In this document: positions 36,171 to 49,431 of the stretch, piece by piece
How positions within the stretch are numbered: position 1 is the stretch's first letter
Layout of the letters: each line of letters begins with the position of its first letter
Assembly: GCA_038087875.1 (NCBI GenBank)
Contig: JAXLNO010000174.1
Coordinates: 62,001-126,000 of the forward strand
From: Malacoraja senta
Taxonomy: Eukaryota
DNA: 64,000 nt
Direction: 5' to 3'
The notes under the pieces: generated by a model
Seen by the model: only the letters and a program-made list of their open reading frames with translations
Databases searched by the model: none
What the model was told of the DNA's origin: nothing
Position numbers and translations under genes: made by a program

Positions 36171-36904
36171 TAGACATGGAGCAGGTGGTGGAGACGAGGT
36201 AGAGGGAAGATGTGTGGGAGGGAACATGTGGGAGGGAGATGGTGAGAAGGGAAGAGGTGATATGGAGGTATGAGAGAGGTCGATGAGGGGAGGAAGAAAG
36301 CGAGAGAAAGGGTAAACACAGTGAAGAGGCGATGGAGGTGTGATGCAGAGGGAGAGGAAGCGAGGTATTGAGGGAGTAGAATGGCCTACTCCTGCACATA
36401 TTTTCTATGTTTCTATGTTTCTATGATTCCTGCGTTCAGCGGTCCTCGGATGAGATAAGGTGAGATTAGGCCGATATTCTGCAGGTTTAATCTGTGAGGG
36501 GATACCTGTAGTGGAATATTCTCCAGGCGACCTTCGTTCCCATTTTAACCACTTAACTAATCCAGCAACACTGTAATAGACTCGAAACCTCTCCGGAGAA
36601 CAGTCGCCTATCAGCAGTGTCGGGCAGAGCTGAATTCCGTCAGCTTCGGCAGAGGGTCTGAAATTACGCATCGCATATTTAGATTTAATGGTTTCACAAT
36701 TACAAGAGAATATTTATCTGGTTTCGCGCTGCTGTTTAATTGGCGGGCAATTTGAAATTGTACCGGTTGCCAATCTCAATACCGTCTGGCCTCACTGTTT
36801 CTCTGAGCTCCGCCCGCTGCTCACAAATCTATGTATTTGGTCCCAAATTATATTCCCGCCGCCGGCCTCAGACCTGAAACTGCCGGCTTGTTGCTGACTG
36901 AGCT

Positions 36905-37000
36905 GCAGCCAATCGCAACGGGGGGGAACGATATGATTGCATCACTGCTGCATCCAATGACAGGCTGTGGGACGACCCTTCACCAACGCTTTTAAAAGTC
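36905..37000 (+). promoter_or_regulatory. Remnant histone H3 promoter (two CCAAT boxes and a TATA-like element)
   Basis: CCAAT at 36909 and 36954; TTTAAAA at 36991, ~75 nt upstream of the H3 ATG. Confidence 0.6.
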
Positions 37001-37067
37001 GTCCCCAGAGCCGTCTCCGTCATTCTAGTTCCTCTATTTCAGGCTGTAGTACAACGGTTTAAGCACA

Positions 37068-37500
37068 ATGGCCTTGACCAAGCAGACAGGGCGCAAGTCG
37101 GCCGGGGGCAACGTTCCTCGCAAACAACTAGCTACCAAAGCGGCGCAGAAGAGCGATCCATCCACGGGCAGAGTGAATTAGCCTCACCGCTTCCGGCCCG
37201 GCACCGTAGCTCTGCGGGAGATCCAACGATGCCAGAAATCCACCGCGAACTCATTACCCACACCAAATCCTGGCACCACATCACCATCCGCGAACTGTCC
37301 TTCCAGCGCCTGGTGCCGGAGATCGCTCAGGACATCAAGAAATACACGCACTTCCAGAACCCGGCCATGATGACTCTGCAGGAGGCCAGCGACGTTTAAC
37401 TGCTCAGTCTCTTTGAAGACACCAACCGGTGCACCATCAATGTTAAGCGATTCACCATCATGTCCAAAGACATTCAGCTTGCCCGCCGCATCCGCGAGGT
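37068..37500 (+). pseudogene. H3: Replication-dependent histone H3 pseudogene
   Basis: [77 protein letters not shown]; stops TAG at 37179 and TAA at 37397; a frameshifting insert at 37245-37285. Confidence 0.95.
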
Positions 37501-37522
37501 TGCCCTCTGTACCAAGATTAAC

Positions 37523-37570
37523 AAAAGGCTATTTAAAGAGCCATCAATCCGGCAGTGCACAGAGCTCTGC
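37523..37570 (+). terminator. Degenerate histone 3' stem-loop and HDE-like motif
   Basis: AAAAGGCTATTTAAAGAGCCATCA versus consensus AAAGGCTCTTTTCAGAGCCACCCA; CAGAGCT at ~37560. Confidence 0.75.
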
Positions 37571-37779
37571 CCTCCTGTTGTTTGTCCTATTACATTATCG
37601 TCTCGGCCTTTCTTACCAGAGCTGGCGCCATAGGCAATAGACAATAAACATTAGTTGGAGGAGTAGGCCATTCTTTCCTTCGATCCGATATCGCCATTCA
37701 ATGTGATCATGGGTGCTCATACACATTCAGTAACCCGTTCCTGCTTTCTCCTCAGATCCCCTGACTTGCAATCTTTAGG

Positions 37780-38371
37780 AGCCATATCGACTACTGTAAC
37801 TCTCTTCTCTTTGGCGTCAATTCAAGCAACATCAACCGACTCCAATTGGTCCAGAATGCAGCCGTACGACTCATTACCCACACTAAATCCTGGCACACAT
37901 AACCCCAGTTCTCAAAGAACTCCACTGGCTTCCCATTTCCCACCGAATCATCTACAAAATCCTGGTCCTCACCTACAAAGCCCTCAACCACTTGCCCCCC
38001 CCCCCCTTATCTCACTGACCTCCTCTCCCCCTACCAACCCTCACGGTCCCTCAGATCCACATCAGCTGGTCTCCTCTCCACTCCGAAATCAAACCTCTGC
38101 ACTTTTGGAGGCAGAGCCTTCTCCAGGGCAGCTCCCAGGCTCTGGAATTCCCTTCTACAACTGATCCGAAATTCCCAGTCCCTCACCATCTTACAGTCCC
38201 GCCTCAAGACCCATCTCTTCACCTCTGCCTACCCTTAGTCCCATGTTCCCCTCCCCTTTGCATCTCTGTCTTACTGCTCTATTTTGTTTTGTTTATTCTT
38301 GACTCTCAATGTAAAGCGACTTTGAGTCCTGAAAAGCGCTATATAAATAAAATGTATTATTATTATTATTA
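37780..38371 (+). mobile_element. L2-clade LINE 3' end
   Basis: DYCNSLL..RLQLVQNAA..PVLKELHWLPI..YKILVLTYKAL..GGRAFSRAAPRLWNSL..LKTHLF; tail AAAGCGCTATATAAATAAAATG(TAT)n. Confidence 0.9.
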
Positions 38372-38389
38372 TCTAGATCTAGATCTCGA

Positions 38390-40883
38390 ACCAATATAAT
38401 GGGTGACTTCAATCCACATATTGATTGGGTGAATCAAATTGGCAGGGGTGCTGAGGAAGAGGATTTATTGGAATGTATGCGGGATAGTTTTCTAAACCAA
38501 CATGTAGAAGAACCAACGAGAGAGCAGGCTATTCTAGTAATTGAGTAATGCTGAAGGGTTAGTTAGCAGTCTTGTTGTGCGTGGCCCCTTGGGCAAGGGT
38601 GACCATAATATGGTTGAGTTCTTCATTAGGATGGAGAGTGACATTGTTAATTCAGAAACAAAGGTCCTGAACTTAAAGGAAGGTGACTTTGAGGGTATGA
38701 GACGTGAATTGGCCAAGATAGACTGGCCAATGATTATTAAAGGGTTGACGGTGGATATGCAATGGAAGGCATTTAAAAACTGCATGGATGAACTGCAACA
38801 AGTGTTCATCCCAGTTTGGTAAAGAATAAATCAGGGAAGGTAGTGCATCCGTGGATAACAAGGGAAATCAGGGATAGTATAAAAACAAAAGAGGACGCCT
38901 ACAAATTAGGCAGAACAAGCAGCCTACCAGAGGACTGGGAGAAATTCAGAGTCCAGCAGAGGAGGACAAAAGGCTTAATTAGGAAAGGGAAAATAGCTTT
39001 TGAAAGAATACTGGCCGGGAACATATAAACTGACTGCAAACGTTTTTATAGATATGTCAAGAGGAAAATATTATTTTAACAAATGTAGGTCCCTTGCAGT
39101 CAGAAACAGACGAATTGATCATTGGGAACAATGACATGGCAGACCAATTGCATAATTACTTTGGTTCTGTCTTCAGTAAGGAATACATAAATAATCTGCC
39201 GGAAATAGCAAGGGACCGGGGGTAAAATGAGATGGAGGAACTGAGTGAAATCCAGGTTAGCCGGGAAGTGGTGGTAGGTAAATTGAATGGATTAAAGGCC
39301 GATAAACACCCATGGCCGGATAAGTTGCATCCCAGAGTACATAAGGAAGTAGGCGCAGAATTAGTGGATGCACTAGTGATAATTTTTCAAAACTCTTTAG
39401 ATTCTGGAGTAGTTCCTGAGGACTGGAGTGTAGCTAATGTAACCCCACTTTTTAAAAAAGGGAGAGAGAAAACGGGGAATTACAGACCAGTTACTCTAAC
39501 ATCGGTGGTGGGGAAAATTCTGGAGTCAGTTATTAAAGATGGGTTAGCAGCACATTTGGAAAGTGATGAGTTTTTTGGACAAAGTCAGCATGGATTTATG
39601 AAAGGTAAATCATGTCTGACGAATCTTATAGAATTTTTCGAGGATGTAACTAGTAGAGTGGATAAGCGAGAACCAGTGGGTGTGTTATGTCTGGACTTTC
39701 AGAAGGCTTTCGACAAGGTCACACATAAGAGATTAGCATACAAACTTAAAGCACATGGTATCGGGGTTCAGTATTGATGTCGATAGAGAACTGGCTGGCA
39801 GACAGGAAGCAACGAGTAGGAGTAAACGGGTCATTTTCAGCATGGCAGGCAGTGACCAGTGGGCTACCGCAAGGCTCAGTGCTGGGACCACAGCTATTTA
39901 CAATATATATTAATGAACTGGATGAGGGAATTGAATGCAACATCTCCAAGTTTGCGGAAGACACGATGCCGGGGGGGGGCAGTGTTAGCTGTGAGGAGGA
40001 TGCTAGGAGGCTGCAAGGTGACTTGGATAGTTTGGGTGAGTGGGCAAAGGCATGGCAGATGCAGTATAATGTGGATAAATGTGAGGTTATCCACATTGGT
40101 GGCTAAAACAGGAAAGTAGACTATTATCTGAATGGTGGCCGATTAGGAAAAGGGGATATGCAACGAGACTTGGGTGTCATGGTACACCAGTCAATGAAAG
40201 TAGGAATGCAGGTGCAGCAGGCCGTGAAGAAAGCAAATGGTATGTTAGCACTCAAAGCAAACGGATTTGAGTATAACAGCAGGGAGGTTCTACTGCAGTT
40301 GTACAGAGTCTTGGTGAGACCACACCTGGAGTATTGCGTACAGTTCTGTACTCCTAATCTGAGGAAAGACATAGAGGAAGTACAGAGAAGGTTCACCAGA
40401 CTGATTCCTGGGATGACAGGACTTTCATATGAAGAAAGATTGGATAGACTCGGCTTGTACTCGCTAGAATTTAGAAGATTGAGGGGGTGGGTCTTATAGA
40501 CACTTACAAAATTCTTAAAGGGTTGGACAGGCTAGATGCAGGAAGATTATTCCCGATGTTGGGGAAGTCCAGAACTAGGGGTCACAGTTTAAGGATAAGA
40601 GGGAAGAGTTTTAGGACCGTGATGAGGAAATCGTTTTTTACACAGAGTGGTGAATCTGTAGAATTCTCTGCCGCAGAAGGTAGTTGAGGCCAGTTCATTG
40701 GCTATATTTAAAAGGGAGTTAGATGTGGCCCTTGTGGATAAAGGGATCAGGGGGTATGGAGAGAAGGCAGGGATGGGATACTGAGTTGGATGATCAGCCA
40801 TGATCATATCAAATGGCGGTGCAGGCTCGAAGGGCAGAATGGCCTAATCCTGCACCTATTTTCTATGTTTCTATGTTTCTATG
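38390..40883 (+). mobile_element. CR1 LINE ORF2 (APE end to RT and tail), decayed
   Basis: Collinear with 14805-17307; many stops; (TTTCTATG)n tail. Confidence 0.92.
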
Positions 40884-40932
40884 ATACTATTAAAGTATCG
40901 ATAACCGCCTTCCACCGCTCTCTGAGGCAGAG

Positions 40933-43900
40933 AATAGTAAGATTAAACGAGAACTTACCAGTTTGAAGTTTGATCTGTATTTTATGAGGAGTTACGATGA
41001 GGGATTACGTGAAGAGCCCGTCCAGCACGCATGCGCGACATTCTTCAAAGCAGCGGTGTGGAATCACAGGAAACACAACAATTGAAATAAACATAGTAAA
41101 GAAAAGGAGAACTAAGATACTAGTTGATCTCTATATTTGAGGGTGGGAGCGGAGGGCACGTAATCCCTCATGGTAACTCCTCATAAAATACAGATGAAAC
41201 TTCAAACTGGTAAGTTCTCGTTTAATCTTAGTATATTACTTCGGAGACACGTAAGTGAATACGTGAAGATTTTAAAGCTCTGTGATTTCAAACCGTGTAA
41301 CAGTTCATACTTCACTCGCTGCCGAAGTCATTCAAGGGAGGAAGTATGTTATCGTAATCAACCATAATCTGTTTGTAAACAAGAATGGTATCTATTAAAC
41401 AATAACAAAAGACAAAATGCTCCCCCGGGCTTAAATTATATATTTGCAGATTCTTAAACTCTTGCTGCAAATAACACAGGTTCTGTTAGCGGCTTGTTGT
41501 AGAACGTTTGGAACGTTTTCTCCATGGACCACCCCGCTGTAGCCAGGATGTGGTCCAGTGGTACGTCCATCCTTTTAGCAGCCGATGTGGATGCTGCCCT
41601 GGTGGAGTGAGATGTATATACATAAGTATCTACTCCAGCAGCTCCCAGTACCTGCTTGAGCCATCTTGAGATGGTTTGGCTCGACACACGACCATGAGGT
41701 TTCTTGTGGCTGACCCATAAGGTTTTTTTTTTCCTTGTTTTTTTTCTCCCTCGAGAATCTCTTGTTGTGTTGATGTAAGTGAATAAGTGAGTCATGACAC
41801 ACAACCGTAGGTCAGGTGGGTATGCCCGGAAATCCGTAACTAGGTCTCAAGTTCCTGGCCTGCTCTGCTTTAGCAGCTCCTGAATGGTAAATGAGACCCG
41901 GTCTGGTGTTATAACCATGTTGTCCAGTCGCAGTAAGTGGAGGGACTGGACTCTTTGTGCTGAGACTAGTGCCATCAGCATGACCGTTTTCAGGGTTAGC
42001 TGTTCCAGAGTGAGAGACCTGGCTGGGGACCATCCCCTTAGGTATGTCAGGACCACACTGACATCCCAGATTTGGGTATACCTAGATCTAAGAGGGTTGG
42101 AGTTGAATATACTCGTCATGAGTTTGATCACCAGCGGGTGAGACCCTATGGCCTGTTGTCCTGGTACCTGTTTTAAGTAGGCTAACAGAGCACTTCTGGC
42201 AGTATTGATGGCGCTGTAGCTCAGTCCTTCATTCTGGTGAAGACCCCCCAGGAACTCCAGTCCATTGGTTATGGTTGCAGATGAGTACGTTGTCCCAGTA
42301 GTCGAGCAGTATCTTTCCCACTTCCTGATGCTCGATAGGTATTGTTTCCTGGTGGACATACGGTGTCATCGTGTTGATGGTCCTGTCAGACAATGCCAGG
42401 CCCAGCATTGGTCTTTTGATAATCTGCAACCCAGTAGGTTAATTTTGTCATGGCATGGACGACTTATGCCTGATGCCGTGTGCGTCAATAGGTCTGGGCT
42501 ACTGGGAAAGGTCATAGGAGCTTCGATGACTATGTCGAGGACCGCTGAGAAACTTGGCTGTTTAGGCCAGTTGGTACTATCAAAATACCTGAAGCAGAGT
42601 CCATCTGTATTTTGCGTAGTACCCTACTGATGAGGCAGAAAGGGGGAAAAGCATAGAATAAATAGGTCCCCCAGTTCAGCGCGAATGCATCTATCGCTGC
42701 TGCCTCAGGGTCTGGTTCCCAAGCCAGGTGATTTAGTCTGGATACAAAGAGATCGATATCTGGTGTGCCATATTGTTTTGTAATTTTAGCAAAATCTCTA
42801 GGATTTAACATCCATTCGGTGTTATCATTGAATTTGCGTGACCTGGTGTCTGCCACTGTATTTAGCTTACCTGGTAGGTTGGTTGCTGATAGCCAAATAT
42901 GTCTATCGACACACCATTGCCAGATTTTGTTGACCAAATTGTAACATGATATCGATTTTATTCCGCCCATATGGTTAATATAGGCCACCACCATGATATT
43001 ATCAATTTTGTAAACGGACATGCAAATGGTGCATATTCGTAGAATATGCTTTTAAACCATAAAACGCACCCAACATTTCCAAATAATTTATGCCCAGTGT
43101 TTGTAGTAAAGATGATTCTAGGTTAATCCATCTACCACCTGTGCTGGATATGGTATTAGTTGCTCCCCAGCCTTGAGCACTGGCATCTGTTTGTATAGTT
43201 AACGTTGGGTTATTGATGATGATAGGACTAGGACTATGCCAAATGTGCTCTATCCACCATTGTAACTCTGATATTGCTTCAATGGGCAATTCCATTGTTC
43301 GGTCAAAGTGACCTGCATGTCGTTTTAACGCCTGTACTGTTGCCCTTTGTAGGTTTTAATAGTGCAGGGTCCAAATTGAGTAGCTGGAAATGCTGCTACC
43401 AATTTGCCAATTACTCTTGCCATTTGTCGGATGGTTGGTCGATTGCTAACCATTAAATTGTAACACGTCTGTGCCAATTCTGCTGCTTTATTTTTTGGCA
43501 ACGTTACGGACATGTGGGCTGAGTTAATTGTGAATCCCAGATAGTCCATAGTTGTGGATGTTGTCAACTTAGATTTATCTGGATGTATGACAAATCCCAG
43601 AGTTTCAAACAATTGTTTGGTAGCTAATAAAGCTGATTTAGCCAACTCCATGGTTTTGCCTACTATTAGAATATCATCAAGATATGCCATGACACGATGT
43701 CTCTGTTTTCTTAATGTTGCCAAGGCTGGTTTTAATATCTTGGTAAATTGTCTTGGGCTGATGTTAACCCATTAGGCAACGGCTTAGACTGCCATAGTTG
43801 CCCCATCCAGGTAAATTTCAGGTATCTGCGATGATCCTTTTGAATGGGTACTGTATAGTAGGCATATTTTAAATCAATGCTTACCATAAAATATCCTTTG

Positions 43901-45795
43901 GAAATCAGTTGTGCGGCAGTTACAAATTTTCCATTTTGAAATGTGCATACTTAACAAAGGTATTTAGTGAAGTTAAGTCAATGATGATGCGACATCCACC
44001 ATATTTTTTGTGTTTGGTAAATATATTTGAGACAAATTCCAAAGGTTCATGTTTGGATTTCTCAATGATACCGTTTGTAAATAACCTCACCAGTTCTGCT
44101 TGTCCCTCTAGTTTTTCTTTGACTGAGAGGGTACAGACCCTTTGAGGTACATGCTGAACTGGTGGCATATTTTCTTGAATGAAATCTATTTTGTATCCAC
44201 GAATACTGTTAAGTATATAACTATCATTCGTGATATATCTCCATGCTTCAATGAACAGGTGTAATCTCCCCCCTGTTAGTACAGTTCCTCCACTTTTACA
44301 TGCTGGTAGGAACCAAACCCACCTACCTCCATAGTTATGGTAGTGTTCCTTTCTTTGGTTTGTTCATCCGTCGTTGTACTGCTGGATGTACTGCTGATTG
44401 GGGGTGGCGCATTTTCCATGTGGTCCGCTCTGGGCCCTGGCCTAAAAAGGCTTTCGGGGATGGTATGCGGACCCCGAGATTTCACCAGTCCCATAAATTT
44501 GACGTCGACTGGTGGACGCGGTGGGTTACTGCCGTCTGGTTTTTGTGTGGGCCTGTTCGTTCCGGGGCCTGGCCTCATGAGGCCAAATGCTTTGGACTCT
44601 TCCTCCAGGTCTTTCACTTGTCCTTTCCAAATAACAGGATCTGCGGTTCTGATGCCGGTGTTTTACACAGTCCTGCATACCTGGGATTGAGGGCAGGTCT
44701 TATTCTATCCTTGCGGAGGTTGTTTATCTCATATTGGGTGCTGCACAGCAGAGCCAGAGTGTCTTGCTCGTTTGTGGTCATATCCACCCCATCCAAGGAA
44801 CGAGCATAGGATGTTATCCCTGTTGTCAGGAGCTTGAGGATGCGTTGTAATTTTAGCTCCTGGCTCCGGATCCTCTGTCCAACATACCCACAGATTTGGC
44901 TGTTAACGGCCGGTACATTAAGCGAACTGCAGTTCTCCGGAGGCGAGTAGCTTTCTAGTGCCTCATTAAGTACCTGATCTTGTAGGGGTTTGAGGGACAT
45001 GTGGGTAATGCTGGCCGCCAATTTTGGCTGCAACGGCCGCCCTGCTAGTGGTGTAACCACGTAGCGATTCACCACACCTAGCAGTTCTTCCTGATCCTGT
45101 ACCGCAAACGTACTCCCAACATCTTCAGCCAATGACCCCTGTTCCTGACCAGCCCAGCCCTGGTCGCCAACGCTGCCCTCGGCTGAGGGGGAAGCGATGG
45201 CCAGTGCATTGTAGAGCACTGATGTGGGAGTGCCTGAGTTCCCTTGGCGAGACTGCTCCAGCTCCCGAAACAAATCTCGCTGGAGCATTTGCTCCATGAG
45301 CCTTTCCATGCGGCTCAGGCGGCTAGCTCTGCCGCTCTAAGGCGGAGAGTCCTCCTCATTGGAGTCAGAAATAACCGGCCGGTCAGTTTTGTGCGTTGAT
45401 TTGCCTCCAGTCCGCTGCTGTTGGTCAGGCTGCGCTAGCCGTACTGGGCTCGGCTCGGTTTCAATGAGGGTGTGCCGCAGCATGTGCGGTCCAGGTGCCG
45501 CCACTCGCCCCCCACTGATGGGACACTCCCGTTCTGTTGGAGTCGAACGGGGGCGGTCTTTTTCCCATGCCGTGCTTTGTTCAGTTTCCCCAGCTTCTTC
45601 CCTGGAATTGATAAAGCAGGGGAAAGGTTATTGAATACGACCTCAGAGTAAGTACTTACCTGATGGTGCGTTTAAACTTGTAGCGGGAGCGCCTGTACTC
45701 CCGTTCGTCGCTGTTGCACTGCGTGAACGCTAATGTCGCGCATGCGTGCTGGACGGGCTCTTCACGTAGTCACTCACGTGACTCCGAGGTAAAAT
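40933..45795 (-). mobile_element. Full-length decayed DIRS element (gag, RT/RNase H, methyltransferase-like, tyrosine recombinase; ITRs and ICR)
   Basis: MAYLDDILI; QTDASAQGWG; INYLEML; DIDLFVSRLN..AFPPF; LKTVMLMALVSAQRVQSL; HSTRAASTS..AGWS..TFQTFY; terminal repeats ~45731-45795 and ~40933-41042; ICR ~41157-41268. Confidence 0.93.
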
Positions 45796-45940
45796 TCCAC
45801 ACTCACAACTCACTGAGGAGGACACAAACAATCTTCCTGATATACCAGTGGCCAGAGGATCTGGGATGACGGAGGAACTGAAGGAAAGCCACATTAGGCA
45901 GGAATTGGTGTTCGGTAGACTGATGGGACTAAAGGCTGAT

Positions 45941-48567
45941 ACATTCCCTTGGCACCATTTTTCAAGCCACGTATTCATCTGAAATATCTTCCTATTTCTA
46001 ATTTGACTAGCACGTGACACTGGTAGTAATCTATAGATTATTAACTTTGAGGTCCTGCATTTAAGTTTATCTCCTAGCTCCCTAAATTCACCTTGTAGGA
46101 CCTCATCCCGTTTTTTACCTATATCGTTGGTGCCAATGTGCACCACGACAACTGCCTGTTCATCGTCCCCCTCCAGAATGTTCTGAAGCCGCTCAGAGAC
46201 ATCCCTGCCCCTTGCACCAGGGAGGCAACATACCATCCTGGAGTCTCGTTTGCGGCCGCAGAAATGCCTATCTATTCCCATTACAATTGAATCCACTAGT
46301 ACTTTTTTTTCTTGTTCTTTGTTTTAACTAGAAGCAATGTACATACATCTTAATCATAATATGCAACATATTAAATTTCTTGTACAACTTTTTTTTTCTT
46401 TTTTTAATCTTTAATCTATAATAGAAAAAGAGAAAAGAAAAAAGAGAGAAGAAAAGTGAGGATAGTATTGAAGTCTAGTCCGCAGTAGTTCGCGTTAAGT
46501 GAATGATAATGGTTGAATAACTGCGTGCTTGAAAATGTGAAAAGAAGAAAAAAGGCCCCACAGAAAAGGGGGCCCTTAAGAAAAGAAAAAAGAAAATATG
46601 TAAGGAATCTAAAAAATGTAAGACTAAGCAAGAAAGAAAGGGAATGTGTCTAATTCCTGACGATTCACACCCATCTCCTAGTTCTAAAATAAGTATTTTC
46701 CAGGTTTGTGTTGCACCATATTACACCTGTAACAAATCAATGAAAGGTGACCATATTCTTAAGAATTGCTCTTGTTTTCCTGCTAGAACAAGTCTCATTT
46801 CCTCAAGATGTAGTATTTCCGACATATTTGTAATCCACATTTTAAACGTTGGGATAGAAGCGTCTATCGAAATTTAAGTATGTTTTTTTTGCCGCTATCA
46901 AACCGTAGTTTAATTTAAAAAATTGAAATGTAGCGAGTTCGGAACAGGCTTTCATTGTTCCGAAAATAATCAATTCTGTATTTGGGTCCAGTCTTAATTT
47001 AAGTATTTTTAAAAAACTTTCAAAAATTTCCTTCCAAAAATTTCAGAAGTTTTGTACAGGAAACAAATGAATGTGTTATTGCCTCTTTAATTAGGCACTT
47101 ATCACAGATGGGAGAGACATTTGGGAAACATTTATTGAATTTTGTTTATGAGTAATATAATCTGTGTACAATTTTAAATTGGATCAATATGTGTCTCACG
47201 TTGATCGAACATGTATGTATATATAACAAATAATCTTCCCATCTGTCCTTGGAGATTTCTATAGATAATTCTTGTTCCCATTCTTTCCTTATACTTTCTG
47301 TCGAAGGTATGTCTATATTTAAAATAGTATTATAAATAATACGATGTTGTGATCCAGTTCTGCCTGTCTATTCATGCTTTGTTCTAAAGGGTCCAGCTTC
47401 AAATTTTTATAACCTTTTGAATGTTTTTTAATCTCGAGTTTGTAAATATCTAAAATATTGGTTACGTTCTAAGTTGTATTTAAGCTGTAAATTTTGGAAT
47501 GGTAAAAAAGGTCCCGCTTCATGCAAATCTTCCCAAGTCTTAATTACTAATCCCCTATTACTATGGCCCTTGCACTCTTTTTCCTCCCCTCCTGTGCCGC
47601 AGAGCCACCCACAGTGCCATGAACTTGGCTGCTGCTGCCTTCCCCTGATGGTCCATCTCCCCCAACAATATCCAAAATGGTATATATGTTTAGGAGGGAG
47701 ATGACCGCATGGGGACTCCTGCACTACCTGCCTACTGCTATGCTTGCTAGTGGCCACCCGTTCCCTTTCTGTCCGCGTAACTTTTACCTGCGGTGTGGCC
47801 AACTCACTGAACGTGCTATTCACGACTTTCTCAGCATCGTGGATGCTCCAGTATGAATCCAACCGCAGCTCCAACCGTTCAATGCGGTCAGCCAGGAGCT
47901 GCAGCTGGACACACTTCCTGCACAAGTAGTCACCAGGGACACCAATATATCCCTGATCTCCCACATGTTGCAGGATGAGCAATTCACGGTGCCGATCTCC
48001 ACTGACATGGCTTACTCCCAAATGAAATCAACTCACTCCCACTATAAAAATCTTAGTCCTTTACATAGAAACATAGAAACATAGAAAATAGGTGCAGGAA
48101 TAGGCCATTCGGCCCTTCGAGCCTGCGCCGCCATTCAATATGATCATGGCTGATCATCCAACTCAGTATACTGATCATCTAACTCAGTAAACAGTACTTT
48201 TACTAATAAGCACTGTACCCTTAACTCACTGACCTTTACATCACTGTACCCTTAACTCACTGAACCCTTAACACACTGGATCCTTAACTAAAAAGTACGA
48301 ACATAAAGGAGAAATACAAACCCGGGGTTACTTTCAATCAGCTGCTTCCTCTAGTCCGCTTCCACCAATCAGCGGCTTCCCCCAAACCACTTATTTTGAA
48401 GTGTGATGGAACGTTGCAGAGTGGGCAACGCTGCACCAGCCGCTCCAACCGCTCCTGGACCTCTGTGGAACAAAACCCCGCGCTCCGTTTTTAAACTTAC
48501 CGCCCGGACGCTGCACCAGCCGCTCTAACCGCTCCTGGGCCTCTGTGGAACAAAGCCCCCCCCCCCC
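45941..48567 (-). mobile_element. CR1 5' part (monomer leader, 5' UTR, ORF1 zinc finger and esterase), split by an L1
   Basis: CSSCNMWEIRD..CRKCVQLQLLADRIERLELRLD; AIVIGD|SIVMGIDRHF..VVVHIGTNDIG; the 5' UTR shares GAAGCCGCTGATTGGTGGAAGCGGACTAGAGGAAGCAG with 28114-28150. Confidence 0.88.
46296..47545 (-). mobile_element. L1-clade LINE 3' fragment (AT-rich)
   Basis: IKTWEDLHEAGPFLPFQNLQLKYNLERNQYFRYLQTRD; CDKC..H-type C-terminal zinc motif; A-rich 3' end at ~46300; AATCC at both junctions. Confidence 0.75.
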
Positions 48568-48769
48568 ACTCCGTGTCCTCTTTTCAGTAAATGAGCATCT
48601 GCAGTTGCAAGGTTTGTACAACTGTTCCAAATGTTTACAGCTGCTGCAAATCTTTTTTCCAATTCCCATCCACACACAGACTTGCTCCGATTATTTTCCA
48701 ATTACGTGCCCAAGCCTCCATCGGTGGCATTTGTAACCATCAGCGTATTACTAGTCCGGCTTAGTTGAG

Positions 48770-49375
48770 AATGAATGAATACTTTATTGTCATTATAACA
48801 TGTAAACTTGTACAACGAAATTAGAAATGCCAACCAGTCAGTGCACACATTTTCTTAGAGCAAAAGTCTAAGATAAACAACTAAAATAAATAACATGAAA
48901 AAAAACACATTCTTCTGTCGATTTCCCAGTCCCTTTGGTGTGTAGCGCACCTGTACTCATTTGGTGGCTACATTAAGTGTATTTATTGCTGTGGGATAAA
49001 AACTGTTTTTGAGTCTGTTTGTCATTGTCCTCATTGATCTGTACCGTCTGCCTGACGGCAGCAGTACAGACAGGGAGTGACCGGGTGGAAAATGTCCTTT
49101 ATGATCTTCTTGGATTTGTTGAGACAGTGGGAACTGTGTAGGTCCTTCAAGGTGAGGAGAGGGCAGCCGATAATCTTCTGTGCGTTTTCAATTGCCCTCT
49201 GGAGCCCTTTCCTCTTAGCCGCTGTGCAGCTGGTGTACCACATGCATACACAGTATGTTAAGATGCTCTCAATTGAGCATCGCTAAAAGGATAGCAGCAG
49301 TCTCTGGGTGATGTTATTCTTCCTGAGCACCTTCAGGAAGTACAGTCTCTGCTGGACCATTTTCAGCAGCGCAGA
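48770..49375 (-). mobile_element. Rex1/Babar 3' fragment (same family as 56570-57190)
   Basis: WYTSCTAAKRKGLQRAIENAQKIIGC; (ATTC)n tail. Confidence 0.85.
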
Positions 49376-49431
49376 GTTTATTATTGTTGCGTGTACCGAA
49401 GTACAGTGAAAATATGTATTGGCTACTATAA

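Noticed and set aside
41454..43021. Prophage or bacterial transfer suggested by integrase and Dam-like domains
   Set aside because: Both are standard parts of DIRS retrotransposons and lie inside the ITR/ICR boundaries.
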